From NCBI GenBank assembly GCA_963743915.1, contig CAVURN010000005.1:518296-582295 (forward strand): a stretch of DNA of 64,000 nucleotides, given 5' to 3'. The DNA is from an uncultured Actinomycetota bacterium (GTDB taxonomy: Bacteria; Actinomycetota; Actinomycetes; JAHEKZ01). Below, piece after piece: positions 53,097-64,000 of the stretch. Under the pieces are notes generated by a model. The model ran no database searches, had not been told where the DNA came from, and saw only the letters and a list, made by a program, of their open reading frames with translations. The position numbers and the translations under genes are program-made. Numbering within the stretch: the first letter of the stretch is position 1; each line of letters begins with the position of its first letter.

Positions 53097-53396
53097 TCAC
53101 CAGGAGGAGGACGGCGGACGCCCGCCGGAAATGCCGCGCACCGCGGGTCGGACGTCGACCAGGTACACCAACGCGGCGACGATCGCCGGGATGCTCCAGA
53201 ACGAACGGATGCCGAACAGGAACAACGCGAGTGCAGCGACGCCGGTGATCGCCGCCCAGGCGGGCTTCGTCAGCTTGCCGGCAGCGACGAAGGCCGTCGG
53301 TTTCCGAATCAGGGCGTCGACGAACGCGAAGAGCGCCACCAGGAAAAGGGCGAGCCAGATCAGTCCGAAGACGGTGAGCAAGCCGGACAGATCCAC
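53097..53396 (-). CDS. DUF2516 membrane protein
   Basis: AFVAAGKLTKPAW, VYLVDVRPAV. Confidence 0.85.
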   Translation of the reverse strand: MDLSGLLTVFGLIWLALFLVALFAFVDALIRKPTAFVAAGKLTKPAWAAITGVAALALFLFGIRSFWSIPAIVAALVYLVDVRPAVRGISGGRPPSSSW

Positions 53397-53540
53397 GCAG
53401 AGCAGCGTACGGCGTCGCGCCGAGGGTCGCGCGAGGCGGTCACGACAGAGCGAAGGGGGCTCGCCGCGCGTGGAGGGGAATGAGCGCGGCGAACCCCCTC
53501 AACGCTCGAGCCGGACGCCGGCTGAGCGCTGGTCTCGAGC

Positions 53541-54008
53541 TCAGGCAGTCGGCTCGGTCGAGTCGTCCGCCTTCGGCGCCGCGGGCTTGCGGGCGCGAGT
53601 GGTCTTGGGCGCCTCAGCCTTGGCGGCCGGCGGCTGGGCGACGGGAGCCTCGGTCTCGGCCTCGGCTTCTGCCTCGGCTGCGCGCATCTTGGCGACGACA
53701 CCCTCGCCGCGGGTCACCAGCGCGGTGTACTGGTCGGTGGCCTTGGCGGCCCAGAGCAGCGTGGTCGCGGTGACGGCGGCCGGGTCGATGCGCCGCGGGT
53801 CGAGCTGGCTGAGGTCGTGCTTGCGGGGGTCAAGGGTGGTCAGGTCGATCTCGCGCACGTCGAGCGCGCTCTTGTCGACCGACGCGATCTTGGCCGGCAG
53901 CTCGCGCGCGAGCTCGACAGCGGCGTCACCAGCCCCGACGAGGGCGAGCACCGGCGCGGGGACGTCGGAAAGCTCAGGCAGCGGGGGAAGGGTGGGACGG
54001 GTGGGCAT
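53541..54008 (-). CDS. HBHA-like protein
   Basis: [13 protein letters not shown] and [12 protein letters not shown] resemble HbhA; located between the XRE gene and DUF2516. Confidence 0.65.
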   Translation of the reverse strand: MPTRPTLPPLPELSDVPAPVLALVGAGDAAVELARELPAKIASVDKSALDVREIDLTTLDPRKHDLSQLDPRRIDPAAVTATTLLWAAKATDQYTALVTRGEGVVAKMRAAEAEAEAETEAPVAQPPAAKAEAPKTTRARKPAAPKADDSTEPTA

Positions 54009-54020
54009 GGGATCTCCTGT

Positions 54021-54635
54021 TCAGCCGGCCGACGGCTTGTCGGTCGAGGTCTTCTTGGTGGCGGACTTCTTGGTGGTCGTCTTCTTGGCGGTCGTCTTCT
54101 TGGCCGTGGTCTTCTTCGTCGCGCGCTTCTTGGCCGGTGGCTTGGTGGCCGCCGTCCGCTTCGCCGCCTTCTTGGCCGACGTGCGCGTCGCGGACTTCTT
54201 GACGCTCTTCGCGGCGTCCGCCGGGGCGGCGCCGTCGGTGACGCCGTTCTCGGAGAGGAACGAGGCGTAGACATCGAGCAGGACGCGCTTCTGTCGCTCG
54301 TTGATGGACGGGTCGGACAGCACCGCCGCCTCGACGGCGAGCGAGGAGCCGCGGTCCTCGAGCAGCCCGGCCTGCACGTACAGCTGCTCGGCGGAGATGC
54401 GCAGCGCCTTGGCCAGCTGCTGCAGGATCTCCGCACTGGGCCTGCGGAGTCCGCGCTCGATCTGACTCAGGTACGGGTTGGAGACGCCGGCCTCCTCAGC
54501 CAGACGCCGGAGCGACAGCTTCGCGCTCTCGCGCTGCTCCCTGATGAAGTCGCCGATCGCCTCACCGCTGGGCAGCGTGCTGGTGACCGAGGACGCCGCT
54601 GACGAGAGCGGTCCGGGCAGGGAGGGGGTGGCCAT
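54021..54635 (-). CDS. XRE-family HTH regulator (Rv0474-like) with Lys/Ala/Thr-rich tail
   Basis: [35 protein letters not shown]; repeated KKTTA tail. Confidence 0.9.
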   Translation of the reverse strand: MATPSLPGPLSSAASSVTSTLPSGEAIGDFIREQRESAKLSLRRLAEEAGVSNPYLSQIERGLRRPSAEILQQLAKALRISAEQLYVQAGLLEDRGSSLAVEAAVLSDPSINERQKRVLLDVYASFLSENGVTDGAAPADAAKSVKKSATRTSAKKAAKRTAATKPPAKKRATKKTTAKKTTAKKTTTKKSATKKTSTDKPSAG

Positions 54636-54654
54636 GTCTCCACCCTAGACCGAA

Positions 54655-54674
54655 GTGCTAGCAAGAGCAAGCAC
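54655..54674. promoter_or_regulatory. Palindrome GTGCTAGC-aaga-GCAAGCAC, possible XRE operator
   Basis: 8-bp arms with 1 mismatch, 20 bp upstream of the XRE start. Confidence 0.5.
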
Positions 54675-54687
54675 CCGGCTAGCGCCT

Positions 54688-55089
54688 CTAGGTGGTCACC
54701 TCGAGATCGACCAGCAGCCCTCGCACCCGTGCGTCGATGTCGTCGACGATCTCCCGCACCCGCTCGACGGGCTGGCCGTGCGGGTCCTCGACCTCCCAGT
54801 CGAGGTAGGTCCGCCCGGGGTAGTACGGGCACTCCTCCCCGCAGCCCATGGTCACGACCACGTCCGCCGCCTGCACCATCGCCGCGTCGAAGCGCTTCGG
54901 CCGCTGCTCCGGCTCGAGTCCGCGTTCGGCCAGCACGGCGCGCACCTCCGGGTGCACCTCGTCGGCCGGCTCCGACCCGCCGGACAGCACCTCGACGCGG
55001 TCGCCGGCGTAATGACGCAGCAGCGCAGCGGCCGCCTGCGAGCGTCCGGCGTTCTTGCGGCACGCGACGAGCACGGTGGGACGCGTCAT
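54688..55089 (-). CDS. arsC: Arsenate reductase, LMW-PTP fold
   Basis: ACRKNAGRSQ, TMGCGEECP, DWEVEDP. Confidence 0.9.
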   Translation of the reverse strand: MTRPTVLVACRKNAGRSQAAAALLRHYAGDRVEVLSGGSEPADEVHPEVRAVLAERGLEPEQRPKRFDAAMVQAADVVVTMGCGEECPYYPGRTYLDWEVEDPHGQPVERVREIVDDIDARVRGLLVDLEVTT

Positions 55090-56160
55090 GCGAAGAACCT
55101 CCTGCGGGCCCAGAGGGAGACATAGACGAGCGCGATCAGCGCCGGCACCTCGATCAGCGGCCCGACCGTCCCGGCCAGTGCCTCACCGGACGCCACACCG
55201 AACGTCGCGATCGACACCGCGATGGCCAGCTCGAAGTTGTTGCCGGCAGCGGTGAAGGCGAGCGTGGTGGTGCGCGGGTACGGCAGCCGCAGCCGCCAGC
55301 CGAGCGCGAACGAGCCCGTCCACATCACGGCGAAGTACACGAGCAGCGGCAGCGCGATCCGGACGACGTCCGCCGGCTCGGCCAGGATCGTCTCGCCCTG
55401 GAAGGCGAAGAGCACCACGATCGTGAACAGCAGGCCGTACAGAGCGAACGGACCGATCCGTGGCAGGAACGACGCCTCGTACCACTCGCGGCCACGCCGT
55501 GCTTCACCCACGCGTCGGGTGAGGTAGCCGAGCACCAGCGGCACGCCGAGGAAGACGAGCACCGACACCGCGATGTCGGCAGCCGACACGTCCAGCTGCT
55601 CACCCTCGCCGAGACCGAGCCACTGCGGCAGCAGCTCGAGGTAGAACCAGGCGAGCCCGGAGAACGCCACGATCTGGAAGAGCGAGTTGATCGCCACCAG
55701 CACCGCCGCTGCCTCGCGGTCGCCGCACGCGAGGTCGTTCCAGATCAGCACCATCGCGATGCACCGGGCGAGCCCCACGATGATCAAGCCCGGTGCGGTA
55801 CTCGGGCAGGTCGGCCAGGAAGATCCACGCCAGCGTGAACATCAGGGCGGGGCCGATGACCCAGTTCAACACCAGGGACGCCGTCAGCATCCGTCGGTCG
55901 CCGGTCACGCGGTCGATCTCGCCGTAGCGCACCTTGGCGAGCACCGGGTACATCATCAGCAGCAGACCCAGGGCGATCGGCAGCGAGACGCCACCGACCG
56001 ACACCGCCTGCAGCGCGTCGTTGACTCCGGGCGCGAGGCGTCCGAGCACCAGGCCCCCGGCCATGGCCAGGCCGATCCACAGCGGCAGGAAGCGGTCGAG
56101 CGTGGAGAGCCGCTCGACGACGTGGGTGTCGACGTCCGGCGTCCGGGTCGCGTCGGTCAC
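55086..56160 (-). CDS. acr3: ACR3-family arsenite efflux permease (frameshift near 55790)
   Basis: LSTLDRFLPLWI, MMYPVLAKV, GLARCIAMVLIWN, AAGNNFELAIAV, VGPLIEVP. Confidence 0.92.
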
Positions 56161-56527
56161 GGCGTCGGCGCCACCCGCGGTCGTGAGGACGCCCCGCAGC
56201 GCGTCGAGCTGTTCCGGCACCGCGCGGTAGTGCACCCAGGTGCCGTGCTTGCGGCTGGTGACCAGACCCGCCTCGCGCAGCACCTTGAGGTGGTGGCTCA
56301 CGGTGGGCTGGCTCTTGCCGACCGGCGCCGCGAGGTCACAGGCGCACGCCTCACCCGTGGGCGCGGCGGCGATGATGCTGAGCAGGCGCAGGCGCACGGG
56401 GTCGGCCAGTGCCTTGAAGGCCTGGGCCAGGCGTTCGGCGGACGCGTCGTCCAGGGCGTCGGAGCCGAGCGGCGCGCAGCACGCGGCGTCGAGCTGCAGG
56501 ACGGGGAGGGTGGGCGGGGTGCGTCAT
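56157..56527 (-). CDS. arsR: ArsR/SmtB regulator (as sequenced, reads in-frame into acr3; 5' frameshift)
   Basis: CCAPL, FKALADPVRLRLLS, ACACDL, SQPTVSHHLKVL. Confidence 0.85.
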
Positions 56528-56538
56528 GAGGCCAGTCT

Positions 56539-56612
56539 ATCGATGAATGTCGATGTATGTATTGACAGATGTCGAACTCCTGGTGAACGATGATATCGAC
56601 ATCCATCGATAT
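56539..56612. promoter_or_regulatory. Three ATCGA-N6-TCGAT boxes, probable ArsR operators
   Basis: 56539-56554, 56561-56576 (degenerate) and 56595-56610, between divergent arsR and arsI/cadI. Confidence 0.75.
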
Positions 56613-56623
56613 AGGAGATCCCG

Positions 56624-57060
56624 ATGACCGCCCTGCCCCGCGTCCAGCTCGCCCTCAACGTCAGCGACGTCGACGCCGCCGTCGACGTTCTACACCAAGC
56701 TCTTCGGCGCCGAGCCGCACAAGCAGCGTCCCGGCTACGCCAACTTCGCGCTCGAGAGCCCCCCGCTCAAGCTCGTCCTCATCGAGAACGCCTCCGCCGC
56801 GGGCAGCCTCAACCACCTCGGCGTCGAGGTCGACGGCGTGCGAGCGGGTCGTCGAGGCGCGCGCGCAGATCGACCAGGTGGGCCTGTCCTCGCGCGACGA
56901 GGACGACGTCGTCTGCTGCCACGCACGCCAGGACAAGGTGTGGGTCGACGACCCCGACGGCCGCTCCTGGGAGTACTACACGATCACCGACGACAACCCC
57001 GTCGAGCTGCCGATGGCCGGGGCGTCGGCAGGCTCGGCGGACGCCGTCTGCTGCACCTGA
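56624..57060 (+). CDS. ArsI/CadI-family VOC metalloenzyme (two frameshifts)
   Basis: RVQLALNVSD, PGYANF..PPLKLVLIE, LNHLGVEV, CCHARQDKVWVDDPDG..WEYY, C-terminal CC. Confidence 0.85.
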
Positions 57061-57084
57061 CCGCCCCGCTCCAGCCCGGGCCGT

Positions 57085-57156
57085 GGTGATCGGAGCATTT
57101 CAGTCGTCTGGACGCGTCCGAGCGACCGTCTAAGTGACTGGAATGCTCCGATCACC
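57085..57156. repeat. Intergenic hairpin (family E, single copy in window)
   Basis: GGTGATCGGAGCATTTCAGTC...GACTGGAATGCTCCGATCACC, 21-bp arms with 1 mismatch. Confidence 0.8.
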
Positions 57157-60100
57157 GGAAGGCGTGGAGGCGCGGACGCCGGCTCACGAGTGCCAGCCCC
57201 AGCAGCAGCAGGGTCATCCCCCACAGCGCCAGGCGACCCACGTCGCCACCGGTGTGCGGCAGCAGACCCGGGTCGGGCTCGGGGGTGTCCGGCCGCTCCT
57301 CGACTGCCGGCGGCGCGGTGCTTCCGCTGACCTCGATGGTCACGGTGGCCTGGTCACAGTCACCGTCCGGGTCACAGATCCGGTAGGTGAAGGCGTCCTG
57401 GCCGTCGTAGCCGTCGTCCGGCGTGTAGACCACGTCGCCCTGGTCGTCGACGCTGAGTGAGCCGTGGCCGGCCCCGTCGACGACGGAGACCACGACCGGC
57501 TCGCCGTCGACCTCGTCGTCGTTGTCGACCACGGGAATCACCGCGGGACGCCCACCACGGGTGCTGACCGCGTCGTCGTTGGCGTTGGGTGCGTCGTCGA
57601 CGGGTGTGACGGTCACCGTCACCTCTGCCTCGTCGCAGCGGCCATCGGGGTCGCAGACGACATAGGTGAAGCGGGCGGTGCCGGACCAGTCGCCGTCCGG
57701 CGCGAAGACCAGCTGCCCACCGGAGCGTGTCACCGTGCCGTGCCGGGGCTGGCTGAAGCTGCTGATGCTCAGCGCGTCACCATCGGGGTCGGAGTCGTTG
57801 GCCCGGACGGCGATCGTCACCGGGGTGTCCTCTGCCGTGGTGCTCACGTCGTCCACCGCGACCGGACGCCGGTTGGCGGCGGTGATCGTCAGGGAGACGG
57901 TGGCGGTGTCGCACTCCACCGGTGAGCCGTCGTCGCAGACCTCGTAGGTGAACGAGTCGTTCCCCGCGTAGGCGGCGTCGGCCGTGAAGTCGATCGTGCC
58001 GTCGGCGTTGACGAGCACGGTTCCGTGGCTCGGTCCGCCGAGCACCGCGACCGTCGCCGGGTCGAGCATGCCATCGGCATCGGTGTCGTTCCCCATCACC
58101 GCGAGCGTGAGGGTGCGCCCCTGCCGCACGGTGCCCGCGTCGTTGCCTGCGGTGGGTCCGTCGTTGACCGCGTTCACGGTGACCGTGACCGTCGCGGTCG
58201 AGCAGTTGCCCGCCACGTCGCACACGGTGTACGTGAAGGAGTCCGTGCCGTTCCAGTCGGCGTCAGGGGTGTAGTCGATGCTGCCGTCCGGGTTGACGAC
58301 CACGGTGCCGTGCCCGGCGGGACCGGCACCGGTCACGGTCAGTGCCCCACCCTCGGGGTCGGAGTCGTTGCCCAGCACGTCGATCGTCACCGGCCCGGCG
58401 TCCTCGTCGAGCGTGGCCGAGTCGTCGACCGCGTCCGGGCCCTGGTTGGCCGACACGGTGATCGTCACCGTCGCCGTGTCGCACTCGGTCGGCGTCCCGT
58501 CGTCGCAGACGCGGTAGTCGAAGCTGTCAGTGCCCACGAACCCGTCGTCGGCCACGTAGGTGATCGACCCGTCAGCGTTCACCGTCGCGGCGCCGTTGCC
58601 CGGACCACTCACGACCGTGACCGAGGTGTCGTCCACCGTGCCGTCGGGGTCGGAGTCGTTGGCCAGGACGTCGACGTCGATGTCCACGCCCCAGACACCG
58701 GCACCGGAGTCGTCCTGCGCGTCCGGCGGGTCGTTCACCGCGTTGACCGTGATGTCGACGGTCGCCGAGTCGCACAGACCGGTGAAGTCGCAGACCTCGT
58801 ACGTGAAGCTGTCGCTGCCGCTCCAGTCGGCGTCTGGCGTGTAGTCGATGCTGCCGTCCGGGTTCACGCTGGTGCTCCCGTTGCCGGCGGCGCCGGTGAT
58901 CGTCACGGACGCCGGGTCGAGCCCGTCGTCGACGTCGGTGTCGTTGCCGAGCACATCAACGGTGACGGCGGTGTCCTCGTCGGTCGTGTCCGAGTCGTCG
59001 ACGGCATCCGGCCCGTCGTTGACGGCGCTGACCGTCACCGTGACGGTGGCCGTCGTGCAGGCGCCGTCGACGTCGCAGACCTCATACGTGAACGTGTCGA
59101 TGCCGGAGAAGTCCACGTCCGGCGTGTAGTCGATCGACCCGTCCGGGTTGACGCTCGTACTGCCGTTGCTGGGACCGCTGGTCACTGTGACCGACGCCGG
59201 GTCCAGTGCACCCTCGACGTCGCTGTCGTTGCCGAGCACGTCGATGGTGACCGGTCCGGCGTCCTCGTTCACCGTCGCGGTGTCGTCCAGTGCGCTCGGG
59301 GGATCGTTGATGGTGGCCACCGTGATGTCGACCGTGGCGGTGTCGCAGGCACCCGCAAAGTCGCACACCTCGTAGGTGAACGAGTCGGCGCCGCTCCAGT
59401 CCGGGTCGGGGGTGTAGTCGATGCTGCCGTCCGGGTTGACGCTGGTGCTGCCGTTGGCGGGGGCGCCGGTCACGATGACGGACGCGGGGTCGAGACCGTC
59501 GTCGGGATCGGTGTCGTTGCCGAGCACGTCGACGGTGACGGTGGTGTCCTCATCGGTGGTGTCGGAGTCGTCAGCCTGCGGTCGGGCCGTCGTTGACCTC
59601 GTTGACCGTGACGTCGACCGTGGCGGTGTCACACAGGCCGGCCAGGTCGCAGACCCGGTAGGTGAAGCTGTCGGTACCGGAGAAGTCGGGGTCCGGCGTG
59701 TAGTCGATCGACCCGTCCGGGTTCACACTGGTCGACCCGTTGCTGGGGCCGCTGGTCACCGTGACCGACGCGGGGTCCAGGCCGTCGTCGACGTCGGTGT
59801 CGTTGCCGAGCACGTCCACGGTCACGCTCGAGTCCTCGTCGACCGTGTCGCCGTCGTCCACCGCGTCCGGACCGTCGTTGACGGAGTTGACCGTGACGTC
59901 GACCGTGGCGGTGCTGCAGAGCGGACCCAGCGGAATGGGGGTCGTGTCGCACACCTGGTAGGTGAAGCTGTCGGTGCCGAAGAAGTCGGCGTCCGGCGTG
60001 TAGTCGATCGACCCGTCCGGGTTCACGCTGGTGGACCCGTTGCTCGGGCCGCCGGTCACCGTCACGGACGTGTCGTCAAGGTCGCCCTCGGGGTCGGAGT

Positions 60101-63100
60101 CGTTGTCGAGCACGTCGATGGTGACGGTCGTGTCCTCGTCGGTGGTGTCGGAGTCGTCGACCGCGTCGGGTGGCTCGGGCAGGTCGCTCACGGTGATGAA
60201 CACGGTGGCGCTCGCACAGGCCAGGCTCGGGTCGCAGACCTCGTAGGTGAACGAGTCACCCCCGAGGTACCCGGCGTCCGGGGTGTACTCGACCGTGCCA
60301 TCGGGATTGACCACGACGGTGCCGTGCGTGGGCAGACCGGTCAGGTTGCGTGGTCAGCGAGTCACCGTCGATGTCACCGTCGTTCGCCTGGACATCGATG
60401 ATGGTGGCGCTGTCCTGGTCCACGCTGACGATGTCGTCATCGGCGGTCGGAGGGTCGTTCATCGGGTTCACCGTGATGTCGACGGTCGCGGTGTCACACT
60501 CACCCGCGAGGTCGCACACCTGGTAGGTGAACGAGTCGGTGCCCGAGAAGTTCGGGTCCGGCGTGTAGTCGATCGACCCGTCCGGGTTCACACTCGTCGT
60601 ACCGTTGCTCGGACCACTGGTGACCGTCACGGACGCGGCATCGAGCCCGTCGTCGACGTCGGTGTCGTTGCCCAGGACGTCGACGGTGACGCTGGCGTCC
60701 TCGTCGACCGTGTCGACGTCGTCCACCGCCGTCGGGGCGTCGTTCACCGCGTTCACCGTGATGTCGACCGTGGCGGTGTCGCAGGCGCCGGCGAAGTCGC
60801 ACACCTCGTAGGTGAAGCTGTCGGTGCCGAAGAAGTCCGGCGTCCGGCGTGTAGTCGATCGACCCGTCCGGGTTCACGCTCGTCGACCCGTTGCTCGGGC
60901 CACCGGTGACCGTCACGGACGCGGGGTCGAGCCCGTCGTCGACGTCGGTGTCGTTGCCCAGGACGTCCACCGTCACCGACGAGTCCTCGTCGACCGAGTC
61001 GCTGTCGTCGTTCGCGGTCGGAGGCTCGTTGACGTCGTTGACCGTGATGTCGACGGTCGCCGTGTCGCAGTCGCCGGCGAAGTCGCAGACCAGGTAGGTG
61101 AAGGAGTCGGTGCCGAAGAAGTCCGGGTCCGGCGTGTAGTCGATCGACCCGTCCGGATTCACGCTCGTCGACCCGTTGCTCGGGCCGGACGTGACGAAGA
61201 CCGATGCGGGGTCGAGCCCGTCGTCGGGGTCGGAGTCGTTGCCTAGCACGTTGACCGTGACCGACAAGTCCTCGTCCACCGAGTCGGAGTCGTCCACCGC
61301 GGTCGGCCCGTCGTTGACCGAGTTCACCGTGATGTCGACCTGCGCCGCGTCACACGCCCCGAAGAGGTCGCACACCTCGTAGGTGAAGCTGTCGGTGCCG
61401 AAGAAGTCCGGGTCCGGCGTGTAGTCGATCGAGCCGTCCGGGTTGACGCTGGTCGACCCGTTGCTCGGGCCGGACATCACGGCCACCGACGCCGGGTCGA
61501 GGCCGTCGTCCGGGTCGGAGTCGTTGCCGAGCACGTCGACGGTGACGGTGGTGTCCTCGTCGGTGGAGTCGCTGTCGTCAGCTGCGGTGGGGCCGTCGTT
61601 GACCTCGTTGACGGTGATGTCGACCGTGGCGGTGTCGCAGGCGCCGGCGACGTCGCACACCTGGTAGCTGAAGCTGTCGGTGCCGGAGAAGTCCGGGTCG
61701 GGCGTGTAGTCGATCGCTGCCGTCCGGGTTCACCGTCGTCGACCCGTTGCTCGGTCCGCTGGTCACCGTGACCGACGCCGGGTCGAGCCCGTCGTCGGGA
61801 TCGCTGTCGTTGCCGAGCACGTCCACTGTCACCGACGAGTCCTCGTCCACCGAGTCGGAGTCGTCCACCGCGGTCGGGCCGTCGTTGACCTCGTTGACCG
61901 TGACGGTGACGGTGCGCCGTCGAGCACAGGGCGTCGGAGCGGTGGAGTCGCAGATCTCGTACGTGAAGCTGTCGACACCGGAGAAGTCGGGGTCGGGGGT
62001 GTAGCGGATCTCGCCACCGACCACTGCCGCGGTGCCGTTGGCGGGCTGGGTGTCGACCGACAACGACGACGCATCCATGTTGGCGTTGAGGTCCGAGTCG
62101 TTGGCCAGGACGTCGATGTCGACGAAGGTGTCCTCATCGGTCGTCGCGCTGTCGTCGACGGCGTCCGGCGCAGTCGGCTCGTATTCGGCCGTGAGCGACA
62201 GCACGTTGTCCGGCGGCACTCCGGCATCGCTGTTGTAGTGGAACGAGGACCCGGAGAAGTCGTAGATGATCCCCGTCAGGTCCTGCGTGCCTGTCCCGAT
62301 GATCGTGAAGCTGATGACAGTCGTAATGGGGTCACCACCGACCTTGCCTCCGCTGATCGGGTCGGTGTCGAGGCACTCAAGGTACGTGCCGCTCGTCGGG
62401 TTGTTATCCCAGCCGCAACCGTCCGCGTACATCTGGTCGTTGGTCTGGCCGGTCGGCTTGTCGTACGCCGTGGCGATGGACTCGATTCGGAAGATCGAGT
62501 TGTCGAAGTAGTAGGCGTTGACGAGCTGCTCGTATCCCTGGGTCGCAGTCTCGGAGACGATGGTCGCGGTACAGGTCGCGCCGACGTACACGGTGCCGGT
62601 TGCGGGATCGCAGCCCACGCTGTTGGCGAGCGTCCAGTTGGTCACCGAGTTGCGGGCCTGAGACACGAGGTGCTCGACGTAGATCTCACGAGGAGTCGGC
62701 GTCGACACTGTCGCCACGGAGTCTCCGGCCGCCGTGATGTGGAAGCGGCGTGCCGTGTCGAACGCGGAGGTGTTGCGCGTCACCTGGACGTTGAAGTAGA
62801 AGTCCTGGCAGTCGCCGGCGGCAAGGCTGGCCTCGACGAACGAACTGCCGCCCACGAGGGTCAGGTACGTGTTGGTGCTGTCCCACGTCCAGTCCACGTC
62901 GAGGTTGGCGACCGGGTCACTGCCGGTGTTGCAGACGCGTGCACCGACGGGGAACCTGTTGGGTCCCACGTTGACGTTGTTGCTGTCGAGGCCGATGACG
63001 TTCCAACCCAGCGGGGTGATCGTCAGAGGGCCGGGAGCCGCGTTCGCGATCAGCGGCTGCCCCAGCAGGACGGCGGCCGCTGCGGCCAGCGCCACCACCG

Positions 63101-63140
63101 CCTTGCCGACGATCCCGTTGCCCCACGACCTCATCGACAT
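57152..63140 (-). CDS. Giant sortase-anchored surface protein with ~17 tandem ~95-aa Ig/cadherin-like repeats (at least 4 frameshifts)
   Basis: Signal peptide; repeats NDxPxAxDD..DED..VDVLGND..YTPD..G.DSFTYxVCD..C..ATV; LPHTG + TM + basic tail. Confidence 0.85.
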
Positions 63141-63243
63141 GCCCCATCGCCAAGGAGCGGGCCACCCCGCTCTCGTGGTCCCTTCGGGTGACGGGCGGTA
63201 ACGCTTGACGGTTGTGTGACGGCTAATGCCCGAAATGTTCCGT

Positions 63244-63819
63244 TTATGGCATGAAATAGGTGAAAGGAACTACGCCGAAGCGGTCGAGTCCTGGACGCAG
63301 GCGACCGACGTAGGGGGATCCGTCGAACGCGGGCACCGCCCGCTCCTGAGCCTCCTGAGCGGTCGTCGCCACGCCGTTCTCCTTGATGTCATCGACCAGC
63401 CACGACATTTCGTCGATCTCCCGGCGCTGTGTCGCGGCGATCTCGGCAGCCAGCTCGCGCACCCGGAGGTCGCGGATCTGGGCCCGCTCGCTGGTGAGGA
63501 TGGCGATGGAATGGTGGGGGATCATGGCGTCCATGTAGTTGGTGTCGTCAACCAGCGCCTGGGTACGGGACAGCCGCAGGGCGACCCCACCCACCACGAC
63601 CGCAGCGGCCACGATCCCGAGGTTCCATGCCGTGCGCGTGTACATCATTCCCCACATGAAGCCGAGCATGACGATCGCCATGGCACTGCCCATCAGGACG
63701 GCCATGTACAGACGTTCCTCACTCCAGCGGACGTGGTCGAATACGAACACGTTGGTATACGTCAAAAGGAACATGACGATGGTCGAGGTGCCGATCATGG
63801 CGGCGAAGCGCAGGTACAT
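63244..63819 (-). CDS. DUF305-family membrane protein
   Basis: YLRFAAMIGTST, AMIPHHSIAILTS, IAATQRREI. Confidence 0.8.
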   Translation of the reverse strand: MYLRFAAMIGTSTIVMFLLTYTNVFVFDHVRWSEERLYMAVLMGSAMAIVMLGFMWGMMYTRTAWNLGIVAAAVVVGGVALRLSRTQALVDDTNYMDAMIPHHSIAILTSERAQIRDLRVRELAAEIAATQRREIDEMSWLVDDIKENGVATTAQEAQERAVPAFDGSPYVGRLRPGLDRFGVVPFTYFMP

Positions 63820-64000
63820 GCGGCGTTCGTGATGGTTCGCCGCCTCGTCCCTGACCTTCGATCTTGACCGTGGTGTGACTCATGGTGTTCATCTCCTGGC
63901 ACGACATGGGTGGCGAAGTCATCCGTTCCACAGCAGTCACACACCTTCCGGTCCTCACCCGCCTGAGACGTCCACCAGGCACGCACTCGATGGGCACTGG

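Noticed and set aside
53455-53509. Hairpin GGGGGCTCGCCGCGC...GCGCGGCGAACCCCC as another repeat family
   Set aside because: It is a single GC-rich stem just after the hbhA-like stop, and an ordinary terminator explains it.
57400-62200. Regularly spaced DNA repeats resembling a CRISPR array
   Set aside because: The ~285-bp period corresponds to protein-coding Ig-like repeats; there are no unique spacers or cas genes.

Overview
High-GC Actinomycetota chromosome segment. The core synteny resembles Streptomyces and relatives: groEL2 with two CIRCE boxes, csp-moaD-thrC under a SAM-I riboswitch, gpgS, DUF3263, tRNA-Thr, rlmB-cysS-ispF-ispD-carD, phoP/phoR-phoU with PHO boxes, gpmA, mshA and an Rv0474-hbhA-DUF2516-like triplet. 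Accessory blocks include an acsA-pdhABC-ACP operon, a duplicated ECF sigma/partner module whose second copy is a sigma-TM-sensor fusion, an ars operon and a ~2,000-aa LPXTG surface protein with ~17 Ig-like repeats. About 20 single-base frameshifts are most likely long-read assembly errors. The most unusual signal is two orphan AbiEi-like/DUF559-type nuclease genes (5805-6695 and 30336-31316). Each is tightly bracketed by its own family of ~45-50 bp imperfect hairpins. One family also occurs as solo intergenic copies, and at least four other hairpin families lie in intergenic spaces without a nuclease. This is a candidate REP/RAYT-like 'nuclease + cognate hairpin' mobile system (inference). No CRISPR array, rRNA, integrase or DDE transposase was seen. 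All family assignments come from motif recognition by eye, not database searches.
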